Below, piece by piece: positions 30,305-39,371 of a stretch of DNA of 64,000 bases. Under the pieces are notes generated by a model. That model saw nothing but the letters and a program-made list of their open reading frames with translations. It was not told the origin of the DNA and searched no databases. The translations under genes were made by a program, and so were the position numbers. Positions within the stretch are counted from its first letter, which is position 1, and each line of letters begins with the position of its first letter. Origin of the DNA: a virus; the IMG/VR virus record IMGVR_UViG_3300045581_000900, positions 1-64,000 of that record; one strand, 5' to 3'.

Positions 30305-30335
30305 GTCGGTATAGGATGGTAATTAACCAGCTAAA

Positions 30336-30797
30336 TCAGGTGTATTCGAGGTCGACGAACATGAAGCCCATGCTCTCCGTGACCACGATGTCCTGAGCCG
30401 TAACCGAGGCTCCGAGCGAGTTTAACGTCGCCGAGAGCATCTTGTAATTCATCTCGCCCTTGGTTCCACCGCAAGACGTCGCACCCACCTTCATGTCGAT
30501 GTGGTTGTTCGTCGCTTTGCAGATGTCGCCAAACTGTTGGATCATGTTCTTGAACGTTGCCGAGCCACCCACGATGCGGCTGAACTGAGCCGTACCACGG
30601 CGACGGTCGCCGACGTAGTACACCTTCGGCGAACCGATCTCATAGATCATGTTTACCGTTCGTTCGCACGTGAGTTGGGCCTGCTGGACCAACGCACCGT
30701 CCGCACCGCCGGCAGCACCCGGGAACTGAAGAGTTACGTCTTCCGCCCGAATGACGCCGTTGAGAGCCTGACTTTTTCCTTGAAAGACCGATGGCAT
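30336..30797 (-). CDS. Tail tube protein
   Basis: 153 aa directly after the sheath; IYEIGS...YYV motif; AAGGAG RBS. Confidence 0.8.
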   Translation of the reverse strand: MPSVFQGKSQALNGVIRAEDVTLQFPGAAGGADGALVQQAQLTCERTVNMIYEIGSPKVYYVGDRRRGTAQFSRIVGGSATFKNMIQQFGDICKATNNHIDMKVGATSCGGTKGEMNYKMLSATLNSLGASVTAQDIVVTESMGFMFVDLEYT

Positions 30798-30827
30798 AGT
30801 GTTAACTCCTTAGAACTCTAATGTGTG

Positions 30828-33800
30828 TCAGACGACCAAGTGCAGTTCGATGTTGTTGAGCGGAGCCGGCACGACGAGGTCGAGCACGATCTCAATCCGG
30901 TCCTTCAACAGCGGGTGAACCTGCAGCTTTCGGATTTCACCCGAGATTAACTGCGAACCAAGCTCTTCCGTATTGCCGTTATTGGCGAGGAAGTTAATGA
31001 TCGTTTCCACTTCGAACTTCAGGCGACGCAGCATACCCGGCTGGACGTTGGTGCGGCCGATGAACGGACGCAGACGACGCAGGAACAGGTACGACATCGA
31101 GTCCACATTGCGGCGGATCATCTCTTCCCGACGGTTCAGGTCGAGGTTGTCCGTCGTCAGGGCGTGGCGGGTGTGCGGGGTGCCGTCGCGGTCTTCCGTG
31201 ACGATCCACACGCCGGCTTCTGCCATGCGGTTCAGTTGCGTTTCATTGAAGTACTTGTAGGACCGAGTGAAGTCGTCGAAACCGGCAACCTCGACGTTCG
31301 TCAGCGGCTGGTGGGGCACCACGCCGGAGACGAGACCGGCCAGAGCAGCGGCAAGGTAGTAACCCGGCTGGGTGATACCGGCCTCGCCGACCTGATCGGG
31401 CCACACCGCACAGATACGACGGTTCGAGAGCGAACCGGCCTGCTGTGCGAGGTCTTCCGCAACCTCGTTACGGTTACGGTTGTGCCAGATTTCAAACCGC
31501 TGCGGAACCGTCACGGCCGCGTCAGCACCCGTGTACAGGAGCAGCGAGTTTTCCGACAGCACCTGATCCACCACGTACTCTTCGTACTGCTCCTCGCCGA
31601 ACTGATCGACCGAGAAGTTGTAACGAACGATATCGCCGGGGCGAACGTCGTTGGTGATGAAGTAGCCGCTGGCGAAGTTCGTTCCCGTCGGCACCTGCAG
31701 CAGCGTGAACTGGCTGCCCGTGGCGTTCGGGTCGTCCTTCAGGGTGGCCAGCATCTCGTCTTCCATGACGTTGCCAAGCACGCCGCCGATCAGAGCATTC
31801 TGACCAACGACGAGTTGCTTCGGCTCCGCCTTGAGGGAGAAGAAGGCCGCCTTCCAGTTGTTGGCGATCTCGTTCGACTCGGCACCGACGTGGGCAGCCC
31901 AGAGGTTCTGCACAAGGCGGTCGTAAGTCAGCGGGATCAGGTTGTACATATCGTCGCGACCCTTGATACGCTCAAGGACCTGCACCCAGCTATCGAGGTC
32001 TGGGCCGGTGACGCGGTAGTTCTCCGGGTGGTATTCCACCGGATGAGCCACAGCGGTGTACTTCACGACCGTACCGTTGCTGTTCGAGAGGGCCTTGTAG
32101 ACGCCCCACTTCAGCGGGTTATCGGGGTGAAGCTGACCGGCGATATCGTCGAGGTCGGCCACGTCGCTGATCGAGTTAACCTCGTCGGCGAGTTCGGCCA
32201 AGAACTCACGATACTCGGCGTAAACCTTGCCCTTCTCGACAGGCAGCGGCTGCTCAGCACCAGCCGAGGTCCACTCGGGGTGATAGGCAGTGATGCCCTC
32301 TTGGACGCAGACCTGCGTGTCTTCGAACCAGTAGTTCGTAAGCTGGTCAGCTTCGGGACGAACGCGAGAAATCTCGATGTTGTCCTTGATGAACAGCTTC
32401 AGATCGAGCGGCACGTACCGCTCGTCGATGGCTTCGTCGTCACGCTGGAAACGGATCGGCGTGGTTCCGGGGATTACGGAGCCGGAGTTGGTCAGAACCC
32501 AACCCGAGCCCTCGTAGGTGACACCGGCGGTGACGCCGAAGTAAATGTTCTTAACAAGCTCTTGCGTGGTGTCAGCGTCCGTGGCACGAGTCCAAGCCCC
32601 CTCAGCCGCGACGTAAACACCGTTCTCGGTCTCTTCGTCTTGGTTGACGACGAGCACGCGGTTGCCAGACTCAACCATAACGCCGTCGATATTCTGAAGA
32701 CCGGACAGCGTGATGTTCGTGTCAGCAACAACGCGGACAGGGGTCTTGACCGTCGAGGCACGGATGTAGGTGTCACGCATCTCCGAGGGGAGATCGTCAC
32801 GGAGGATGAGCTTACGGACCGGACCAGCCTTGCTGGAAACCACAGCCACGTAGAACTTGTCACCCTTGCGGAGCTTGGCGTCGATGAACGCCTGAGCCAC
32901 CGCACCCGTGCCTTCGCCACCCTCGAACGTCACCGACGGCGGGTTGTAGTAGCCGCTACCGGGGTTGGTGATGGTGATGCTGTTTACCGAGCCGGCCTGA
33001 TTGATCGTGCAGGTCGCAGTGGCCTGAACGCCAGTCGGATCGTCGGGGGCACTGAGCACGACAGTCGGGGCAGACTCGTAGGTGCTGCCGCCGTTGTCGA
33101 GGTCGATCGCTTCGACCTTACCCGGAGCCTTGATGACAACCTTCACGCCGTTCGTGCCGATGCCAACCTCGCCGCCGTTCTCGACCACTTCGGTCGGACC
33201 AGAGAAATCGAGGCCCTTCACCGTACGCACAGTGATCTCGGGGAAGCCGACGAGGTCGCCGTCTTCCACCGCGTCGAACGTGCCGCCCTTGGTGACCTCG
33301 ACGATATAAACGTCATTCTTGGCACCGTTGTAGGCACCAGCGATGTCGCCGTCGGGCTGGACTTCGAACTGACCGTCAGCGGCCGAGTCGACTTCCGTAG
33401 CATTGAACTCTTGCTTGACGTTCACCACCCACTTCTGGCCGGTCACAAAGTTGTCATAAACAACTTCGTTCGCCGCGGCAGCTTCAAGGCAGCCTTCGAC
33501 GTCGGTCAGGTCGAACTTCACACGCAGGCCGCGGGTGCCGATGTTGGTCCACTCGCCGAAATCGGCCGGCTGGACTTCTTCGACATTATCGCGGCTCGAC
33601 GCCGAACGAACACGCAGGCGAGCCGCGTTGCAGCCCGAGATCGTGCTCTTGATAACTTGAATCGTGTACTCTTCTTCAACGTCACCGCTCTGGATGCCGC
33701 TGTAATCCGAGCCGTCAACCTCAACAAGCTTAATGCAGTTAACACGACCCGCAACCTGCAGGTAGTTGTTATCCGCGTCTGGCTCGTCGACGTAGTAGGC

Positions 33801-34364
33801 CGTATTGGGCTGGTTGTCGTCGTCGGCTTCGGCCGGCTTGATCAGCGACGGCACGAGGTCCGAGGCGAAACCGACCACTTCGGTCCACAGTTCGACTTCG
33901 AGGCAGTCGCCGTCACGGTCGACAACCGTGCGGAGATATACAACGTCACCGGCCTTCACGTCGCGGTCGAGGAAGTCGCTGCTACGCGGGTAGGCCGAGG
34001 TATTGGACTTGAAAGAAAGGTCGTCGGACTGAATCCAATTGAACTTGCCCTCAACCGTAGTGATACGGGTGTAGGTGCTCTGCAGGTCGTGCTCGAAATA
34101 CTTGAGCAGGGCGTCGTCCATATAGACCTTGGCGTAAGCAAGGTCGACGATCGAACCCGGACGACGCTGCGGCCAGCCATAGCAGACGTCGTTCAGACGG
34201 TCGTACTGGCCGAGCAGAATCGTCTTCTTCTCGTCGCGATCGCTATAGCGGTGCAGGATAGCGTGGGCACCGGCGATATGAGCACGCAGCGGTTCCGTGA
34301 TTTCGGTCGGAACGATGCGGAACTCTTGGAAGACTAATACTTGTGGTTTTACGTAACTAGACAT
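30828..34364 (-). CDS. Tail sheath protein with inserted surface domains
   Basis: 1178 aa; YVKPQVLVFQE N-terminus; C-terminal sheath core (LAAALAGLVSG...QPLTN...RHALTT...RRNVDSMS...PAPLNNIELHL). Confidence 0.88.
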   Translation of the reverse strand: MSSYVKPQVLVFQEFRIVPTEITEPLRAHIAGAHAILHRYSDRDEKKTILLGQYDRLNDVCYGWPQRRPGSIVDLAYAKVYMDDALLKYFEHDLQSTYTRITTVEGKFNWIQSDDLSFKSNTSAYPRSSDFLDRDVKAGDVVYLRTVVDRDGDCLEVELWTEVVGFASDLVPSLIKPAEADDDNQPNTAYYVDEPDADNNYLQVAGRVNCIKLVEVDGSDYSGIQSGDVEEEYTIQVIKSTISGCNAARLRVRSASSRDNVEEVQPADFGEWTNIGTRGLRVKFDLTDVEGCLEAAAANEVVYDNFVTGQKWVVNVKQEFNATEVDSAADGQFEVQPDGDIAGAYNGAKNDVYIVEVTKGGTFDAVEDGDLVGFPEITVRTVKGLDFSGPTEVVENGGEVGIGTNGVKVVIKAPGKVEAIDLDNGGSTYESAPTVVLSAPDDPTGVQATATCTINQAGSVNSITITNPGSGYYNPPSVTFEGGEGTGAVAQAFIDAKLRKGDKFYVAVVSSKAGPVRKLILRDDLPSEMRDTYIRASTVKTPVRVVADTNITLSGLQNIDGVMVESGNRVLVVNQDEETENGVYVAAEGAWTRATDADTTQELVKNIYFGVTAGVTYEGSGWVLTNSGSVIPGTTPIRFQRDDEAIDERYVPLDLKLFIKDNIEISRVRPEADQLTNYWFEDTQVCVQEGITAYHPEWTSAGAEQPLPVEKGKVYAEYREFLAELADEVNSISDVADLDDIAGQLHPDNPLKWGVYKALSNSNGTVVKYTAVAHPVEYHPENYRVTGPDLDSWVQVLERIKGRDDMYNLIPLTYDRLVQNLWAAHVGAESNEIANNWKAAFFSLKAEPKQLVVGQNALIGGVLGNVMEDEMLATLKDDPNATGSQFTLLQVPTGTNFASGYFITNDVRPGDIVRYNFSVDQFGEEQYEEYVVDQVLSENSLLLYTGADAAVTVPQRFEIWHNRNRNEVAEDLAQQAGSLSNRRICAVWPDQVGEAGITQPGYYLAAALAGLVSGVVPHQPLTNVEVAGFDDFTRSYKYFNETQLNRMAEAGVWIVTEDRDGTPHTRHALTTDNLDLNRREEMIRRNVDSMSYLFLRRLRPFIGRTNVQPGMLRRLKFEVETIINFLANNGNTEELGSQLISGEIRKLQVHPLLKDRIEIVLDLVVPAPLNNIELHLVV

Positions 34365-34367
34365 ACG

Positions 34368-34383
34368 AAGGCCTCCATGCCTC
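34368..34383 (-). promoter_or_regulatory. CsrA/RsmA-type hairpin over the sheath RBS
   Basis: GAGGC-ATGGAG-GCCTT. Confidence 0.55.
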
Positions 34384-34459
34384 AGTTATTTGTGTGCGGG
34401 GTCAGTGCGTTCGAGTAGTATACACAACCACTCGTGCAACAAAAAAACACCTCGTTAAT

Positions 34460-35170
34460 TTAACCTGACAACAAATCTGATGCCTTGAAGACAATCCGCT
34501 TAAGACGCGGTGCGAGGGGCTGAAGCGACCAAGCTTCTTCGGCCACATACGCGACGGTGACGGGGACGGCATATCCCTGCGTCGCCTCTTGTACTTCTCC
34601 AACACCTCCGACCTCAGACACATAGAACTTGAAGAAGTTCATCTGCTCCCTGATCATTGGCGAGAAAAGGATTAAAAACTTAACAACCTCCGTTGCTAAA
34701 AATTCTGTTTCGGCTCCGTTCTGCGACAGGCAAAAAAGTGTATGGCTGCCCTCCCAGAACCCCGAGTAACTAACTTCTCCAGTATAGTAGTTCGAAACCG
34801 CTCTGTCACCAATTACTTTAGAATTCCACTGCCAACTGTTTCTTTTAATGAGCACAGCCGGCCGCTTGTCCGCTGTATTCGGTGCCCAGCGTGTAATACT
34901 TTCTATCAAAATGCCGCCCGGATTCAAACCACTATCTGACTCCCGCCATCCCCCGATCTCTTTTACGTGCCGGCGGACTTTGGGGTCTTCAATATTTTGT
35001 GGGTCCGAAAAGTGACCAATTAATAGTTGCCGCAAAAAGCCGGTCATTACATGGGGCCGCATGCCGTAAGAGCAGAGCGAGCTTACCTTTTCGACGCGGT
35101 TTTCTGTGGTACTGCCGTCTGGAAATTCGCCCTCCAGATGATCGTCATTGGGATTCGGGCAATTCGTCAT
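34460..35170 (-). CDS. Putative tail terminator/completion protein
   Basis: 236 aa immediately upstream of the sheath; KRPAVLIKR motif. Confidence 0.55.
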   Translation of the reverse strand: MTNCPNPNDDHLEGEFPDGSTTENRVEKVSSLCSYGMRPHVMTGFLRQLLIGHFSDPQNIEDPKVRRHVKEIGGWRESDSGLNPGGILIESITRWAPNTADKRPAVLIKRNSWQWNSKVIGDRAVSNYYTGEVSYSGFWEGSHTLFCLSQNGAETEFLATEVVKFLILFSPMIREQMNFFKFYVSEVGGVGEVQEATQGYAVPVTVAYVAEEAWSLQPLAPRLKRIVFKASDLLSG

Positions 35171-35321
35171 CTGTCTGGTCCTCTGTTTCCGGCCAAAATT
35201 TTACGCCGGCTTTTAACGGGTTTTTCTTGTCCGGCTTAAATAAACTGATTTTCGGCAACATTTCGATCTTCTTGCCGTACAGCGATATTTTCTTTCCGGG
35301 AAATTGCGGTGCCGGTGTCAT
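35145..35321 (-). CDS. Small hypothetical protein (58 aa, below the ORF-track cut-off)
   Basis: ATGA overlap with the upstream stop; MTPAPQFPGKKISLYGKK...DDELPESQ fills the gap. Confidence 0.55.
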   Translation of the reverse strand: MTPAPQFPGKKISLYGKKIEMLPKISLFKPDKKNPLKAGVKFWPETEDQTDDELPESQ

Positions 35322-36628
35322 ATCCGCCAGAACTCCTCGTCTGGGTCGCCGGCAGGCTTTACGTCGTAAACTACGCCGCTTTCTGGGGTACTAAGAATTT
35401 TATCGTCTTCTGTCTTGAAGAATGACGGGTCACCTTCGGCGTCCGTCTCGCCGAGCGGGAATTGCGGCACATATGTCGGCACTAAGTCTTCTTCTGGCAC
35501 GGTTACAGTCACGGATTTGGTGTCCGGCCCATATTCCCCCGCCTTTTCAAACAGAATAACGTAGTCGCCGGGATCGAGTTTGATAGATCGGGTCCAGCGG
35601 CCGTTCACGCGGGTCGTCGTCTTCGCGACGGCCAAATTACGGTTAACGTTTACGCCGTTTGCGTCAAAGACCGCCTTCCGAAAAATATACACGTCTGCTC
35701 CCACAACACCGCAGCCGTCGGTGAGTGTGTAGGCCAGTTCGTCTAAACCGCCGTAGTCTTGGTCGACCGGTATGTCGCCGCAGCCAGCCATCGGAAGCGT
35801 GGGCCCGGTTCTGACCGACGGCTCGCCACCGATCTCTACTGCATAAATACTGTTGCTGAACGGCATCAGGCCCATACGCACCTGATAGATGACGGGCACG
35901 CCGCGGAGGGCCGCAGCGACCTGAATGCTCTCAACCACCCAGCGTTCGTCCGACGAGCCGTTCACCCAAATGTCATCTTTATTTAATCCGGGGAAGCCAA
36001 TGACTCTGGCTTCGACATACGGGTTTTCGCGGGTAGTGCCTTTCGGCTCTCCGACATCGCTCTGCTCGTTTTGCGGCGACAGGTCCCAGCATTGCATCGG
36101 CTGGGCAGGGTGATATCCCACCTCGAAACCCGTGCCATTACAGACCGGGCAGTTGGCGTCAGTGACTTCGCTCGACATTTCGTCGCGGCAGCGGGGGCAT
36201 GGAACGCCGTACCGCATTGGTTTGATTAAATAGCCGGGTATCGAGACCAGCCGATGCCGCAGTTGTTCTTTGCGGATAATTTCGCGGGACAGCACCCAGT
36301 CGCGTTCTGTTAACTCGCCGAAGACGTTGGCGGCCTGTGAGATGTATACATTCTGCGGCGTGGTGAGCTTGACGCGATAATGCGTCATTAACGTGTAGCC
36401 GGCCTCACGCCACGCCGGGTCTAAAGCGAAATATCCATTCGTGACAGGCTGGCCGACGTCGACCCAGTCAGTCGCGTCCCGAAGCCCCGTCCGGCCAAAT
36501 TGAAGCTGGAAAACGTAGGGGCCGGGCTCTTTAAACAGTTTCTCTAACTGCCACCAGACGCGGGAAACGCCGCGTACCATGTGGTCTACCGATACACGAC
36601 GAAATGGGAAAATACGTGCTTGGCTCAT
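35318..36628 (-). CDS. Putative neck / head-closure protein with Zn-finger
   Basis: 436 aa; CPRC...CPVCNGTGF; position between adaptor and tail terminator. Confidence 0.55.
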   Translation of the reverse strand: MSQARIFPFRRVSVDHMVRGVSRVWWQLEKLFKEPGPYVFQLQFGRTGLRDATDWVDVGQPVTNGYFALDPAWREAGYTLMTHYRVKLTTPQNVYISQAANVFGELTERDWVLSREIIRKEQLRHRLVSIPGYLIKPMRYGVPCPRCRDEMSSEVTDANCPVCNGTGFEVGYHPAQPMQCWDLSPQNEQSDVGEPKGTTRENPYVEARVIGFPGLNKDDIWVNGSSDERWVVESIQVAAALRGVPVIYQVRMGLMPFSNSIYAVEIGGEPSVRTGPTLPMAGCGDIPVDQDYGGLDELAYTLTDGCGVVGADVYIFRKAVFDANGVNVNRNLAVAKTTTRVNGRWTRSIKLDPGDYVILFEKAGEYGPDTKSVTVTVPEEDLVPTYVPQFPLGETDAEGDPSFFKTEDDKILSTPESGVVYDVKPAGDPDEEFWRI

Positions 36629-36644
36629 GGCTTGATTATAGCGG

Positions 36645-36665
36645 GCGGCTGATAGCTAAAAAAAA
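36645..36665. repeat. 21 bp direct repeat, copy 1 (GCGGCTGATAGCTAAAAAAAA)
   Basis: Identical to 40268..40288; partial copy ATAGCTAAAAAAA at 37149..37161. Confidence 0.85.
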
Positions 36666-36697
36666 AACGCTTACGCGTGCGGAGCCGTCGCCTCCGC
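36658..36697 (-). terminator. Probable terminator of the last island cassette
   Basis: GCGGAG/CTCCGC stem and a small ACGC/GCGT stem followed by 10 T on the minus strand. Confidence 0.5.
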
Positions 36698-36717
36698 TGC
36701 CTACAAATTGTCAATGC

Positions 36718-37014
36718 TTAGAACCACCGGTTCAGGCAGTTCTCCAGCATTTTCGCGATTTCCGTGCCGTGGATCACACGTTCCCACGCGATGCCGTATT
36801 CGTGCATGTCGCCGCGAAGGTGTGCCGACTCGGCAATCGTCTCTTCGCACCGCACGCACGTACGAACACAATCCAGCGTCTCGGTGAAGATTCGCTTGAC
36901 TGTTTCGCTGGGGCCGAAATTGCGATGGCACTCCATTGCGTGCGTCTCCATCGCAAAGAGGTCGTTGGCGAAACGCTCTTCAGCCGACCGCTGAGTCTGG
37001 GTCATTGTCGTCAT
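36718..37014 (-). CDS. Hypothetical protein (98 aa), island cassette 3
   Basis: Start moved to ATG 37014 (MTTMTQ), preceded by AAGGAGG; has its own promoter and terminator. Confidence 0.7.
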   Translation of the reverse strand: MTTMTQTQRSAEERFANDLFAMETHAMECHRNFGPSETVKRIFTETLDCVRTCVRCEETIAESAHLRGDMHEYGIAWERVIHGTEIAKMLENCLNRWF

Positions 37015-37110
37015 TATTGCCCTCCTTAAGGCAAAGTCTTTTACCCAAAGACTCTGGGGAGTACTGCTAGCCGACGATACATATCGCCGGAATGCTAGGT
37101 TCCTCATATG

Positions 37111-37138
37111 ATATACCCTGTTTTTGTCGGTTATTTAG
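37111..37138 (-). promoter_or_regulatory. Putative phage promoter CTAAATA-N14-GGTATAT
   Basis: One of three copies with identical 14 nt spacing, each upstream of an island gene. Confidence 0.75.
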
Positions 37139-37154
37139 AGCCGCTCGAATAGCT

Positions 37155-37183
37155 AAAAAAAGCCCCCAATGGTCTGGGGGCTT
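37155..37183 (-). terminator. Intrinsic terminator
   Basis: AAGCCCCCA/TGGGGGCTT stem running into T7. Confidence 0.8.
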
Positions 37184-37189
37184 GAGTGA

Positions 37190-37770
37190 AATGTGGGCCG
37201 GTCGGGAAGGCTAGCTTCTTCCCGACCGGCCATCCCCCGTTAACACCTGATTGTCACACACAATCAGTTCACTGTGTTACGGGCTCGTTGTTTACCGGCC
37301 GTGACGGCAACACCACAACGTCGGTCGCCCTAGGGCTGTGGACAGGGGGTACAACGAGAAAACATGCTCGCACAGGATTGGGCCATGCGAGCGTGGCGTA
37401 AATTTAGGCGGCACCCAGATTTACAGTCTCCGAACAATCCCATCAGAGTTTCGGCAACCTACGATCTGGGCAGAAAACAGTTTGTTACTTTCAAAGAACT
37501 TACCGGCGTTTCGGTTTCCCGACGTCCCGGTATTCGGACTCGATTTCACAATAAGGGTGCTGCTGCCAACCACCCCGAGGCTGCCTGTGCCGACAAGACA
37601 CAGGCTTTTTGTCCAAGGGCTTCACCTACGAAAGCCTTTGTTCCGTTCGGACCAGTACCGCCTAAAGCGACGAGCCCCCAGAGCGACGACGGAACAAGCG
37701 TCGCTCCAAGGGCGTATTAAACGTATTCATAGTTAGGGAAAGGGCATCTTCGACCTCCTTTCAGGAGCCG
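37190..37770 (-). ncRNA. Candidate large structured non-coding RNA (~580 nt), family unknown
   Basis: No minus-strand ORF of 60 aa or more; at least 10 helices including a perfect 14 bp stem (37196-37231), a 12 bp long-range stem (37403-37414 with 37655-37666) and a GAAA tetraloop; ends at a terminator. Confidence 0.6.
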
Positions 37771-37776
37771 CCTACG

Positions 37777-39306
37777 TCATTTCATCTTCAGGGCCAAGTC
37801 AAAGCCCCTGAGCATCCGAGACTGGTCAACGCAACCAATCGCCATGCTCAGTTTTTCCATCGCTTCCGGTCTCCAATTTGGAAGCAGATTGGGTACGGTC
37901 GGCTCGGGTCTTCCACTGGATGTCGCCCAGTTATGAAGCCAGAGCACTCGGGTTACAGACCGTAGTTCTGCGATCTCCCCGTAACGGTCGACCGCGTGGT
38001 GGTCGCCAAGCATGACGACAACACGAACCCTGTAACTACTCTCGCCGCGGCACACTTCCTCAAAAAGCCGTTCGGCCTCTCGGGGGCTTGTGGCCGCGGG
38101 CCTCCCGTTAAACCACGGAATGTACTCTTCGCTGGAGTCCACGCCGCCGTTAAAGTGGGGAAGCACCAGCACGTCGGAGCCTGCGACTCCGGCGTAGCCC
38201 GCCGCGTTGGCAAGGTCGCAGGCTGGCTGGGCCTGCTCCGCACAACTCGGCGAGATGTCGGGAAGAAAGAGGACCACCGGGCGGCCGGCGACCGTATCTT
38301 CCTTGAGTGCGTTGGGGAGCGGACGGCGGACAACCATCCGTTTAACCAACTTTGATGCACTCAAGACAGGTACGGGTCCCGTGGTTTCACCCACGGTCCC
38401 GCCATGCTCAACGAGCCGATTGATCAGTTCGGCCATCTGATTCCTCAACTTCTGGGAAACGTTTTGCAGGCGGCCAAGGCCCCGCGAAACTTGTTTCCGA
38501 GCGGTGAGGGAGACGCCGGCTGCTTGGGCTTTCGAGTTATACGAAAGCTTTTTGCGGGCCTGTCCCAATTTACGTTTTGCCGCTTTAACCGCGGCGTCTG
38601 TCCCCGGCTTTTTGCCGTTTTTGGCCGCGGCTTCCAGAGCGTCTTTCAACTCTCTCTTGGCCGCCTCAAGGGCTTTCTGCTGGGGGCTCGGCTGCGGTTT
38701 GGGCGGCGGGGTCGGAGCCGGCGGCGGGGGTGTAGGTTCAGCGTTAGCTTCGCCGTCACCGCCAGACGCAGGACCGGTCGTCTGCGTTTGGCTGGACGGT
38801 TGCGGCTGCCCCTGACCCGACTGCCCCTGCCCCTGCTGACCTTGGCCCTGTTGGCTTTGGCCAGACTGCCCTTGCCCCGGCTGGGCTTGGCTCTGTTGGC
38901 TTTGGCCAGACTGCCCTTGCCCCGGCTGGGCTTGGCTCTGTTGCCCCTGACCCTGCTGGTTCTGGCCCGGCTGGCCCTGCGGCGGTTGCTGCTTGGCCCG
39001 CTCCTGCTCGATAACTTCGAGCAGGTCCGCGTTCGGCCCGTATTCGCGGGCCCAGCGGTCAGCGAGGCGGCGAACATCCGGGACGATGGTGCCAGCCTTT
39101 TTGCACTCGTAGCACTTGCAGGCGTTTAACAGGCCGCCGTCCCGCAAGACGTTAGCCCGACGCCACCGGTTTACGCCGGTGACGAAAGCCCCAAGCCTCC
39201 CGAGAGCGGATTCGACGTCGCTGTCGTACACGCCGCCGAAAGCAATGCCGCGTTCAGCGGCAGAGAAACACTTCTGCAGTTGCCGCAATGTGAGCGACAT
39301 TGCCAA
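37777..39306 (-). CDS. vWA (MIDAS) domain protein with Gln/Gly/Pro low-complexity linker; probable MoxR partner
   Basis: 509 aa; VVLFLPDISPS (DxSxS) and VVVMLGD; adjacent to the AAA ATPase; AAGGAG RBS. Confidence 0.7.
   Translation of the reverse strand: MAMSLTLRQLQKCFSAAERGIAFGGVYDSDVESALGRLGAFVTGVNRWRRANVLRDGGLLNACKCYECKKAGTIVPDVRRLADRWAREYGPNADLLEVIEQERAKQQPPQGQPGQNQQGQGQQSQAQPGQGQSGQSQQSQAQPGQGQSGQSQQGQGQQGQGQSGQGQPQPSSQTQTTGPASGGDGEANAEPTPPPPAPTPPPKPQPSPQQKALEAAKRELKDALEAAAKNGKKPGTDAAVKAAKRKLGQARKKLSYNSKAQAAGVSLTARKQVSRGLGRLQNVSQKLRNQMAELINRLVEHGGTVGETTGPVPVLSASKLVKRMVVRRPLPNALKEDTVAGRPVVLFLPDISPSCAEQAQPACDLANAAGYAGVAGSDVLVLPHFNGGVDSSEEYIPWFNGRPAATSPREAERLFEEVCRGESSYRVRVVVMLGDHHAVDRYGEIAELRSVTRVLWLHNWATSSGRPEPTVPNLLPNWRPEAMEKLSMAIGCVDQSRMLRGFDLALKMK
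38848..38943. repeat. Exact 45 bp tandem duplication (QQSQAQPGQGQSGQS x2)
   Basis: 38848-38892 is identical to 38893-38937. Confidence 0.9.
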
Positions 39307-39324
39307 CTCCTTTCTCGTGGCGTT

Positions 39325-39364
39325 AATAAAAGGGGCCAGATTCCCGCCACAGAATCTGGCCCCT
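39325..39364 (-). terminator. Terminator-like hairpin between the ATPase and vWA genes
   Basis: 13 bp perfect stem AGGGGCCAGATTC/GAATCTGGCCCCT, then TTTATT. Confidence 0.7.
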
Positions 39365-39371
39365 GTTTAAC

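Noticed and set aside
31164-34337. 1057 aa plus-strand ORF, and other long plus-strand ORFs (26431, 29131, 42932, 50898, 59805)
   Set aside because: Antisense shadows of strongly codon-biased minus-strand genes; no recognisable motifs
9321-34364. Bacterial contractile injection system or tailocin rather than a phage
   Set aside because: Capsid, protease, neck and tape measure genes are contiguous with the tail genes
37190-37290. Group II intron domains V/VI at the 3' end of the structured RNA
   Set aside because: GAGCCCG starts a stem, but the AGC triad lacks its pairing partner, the helix is too long and no GUGYG 5' end is seen at the expected place
37436-37456. Hammerhead ribozyme (GAAAC, CUGAUG)
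   Set aside because: The core would need CUGANGA; the sequence reads CUGAUGG and the stems do not fit
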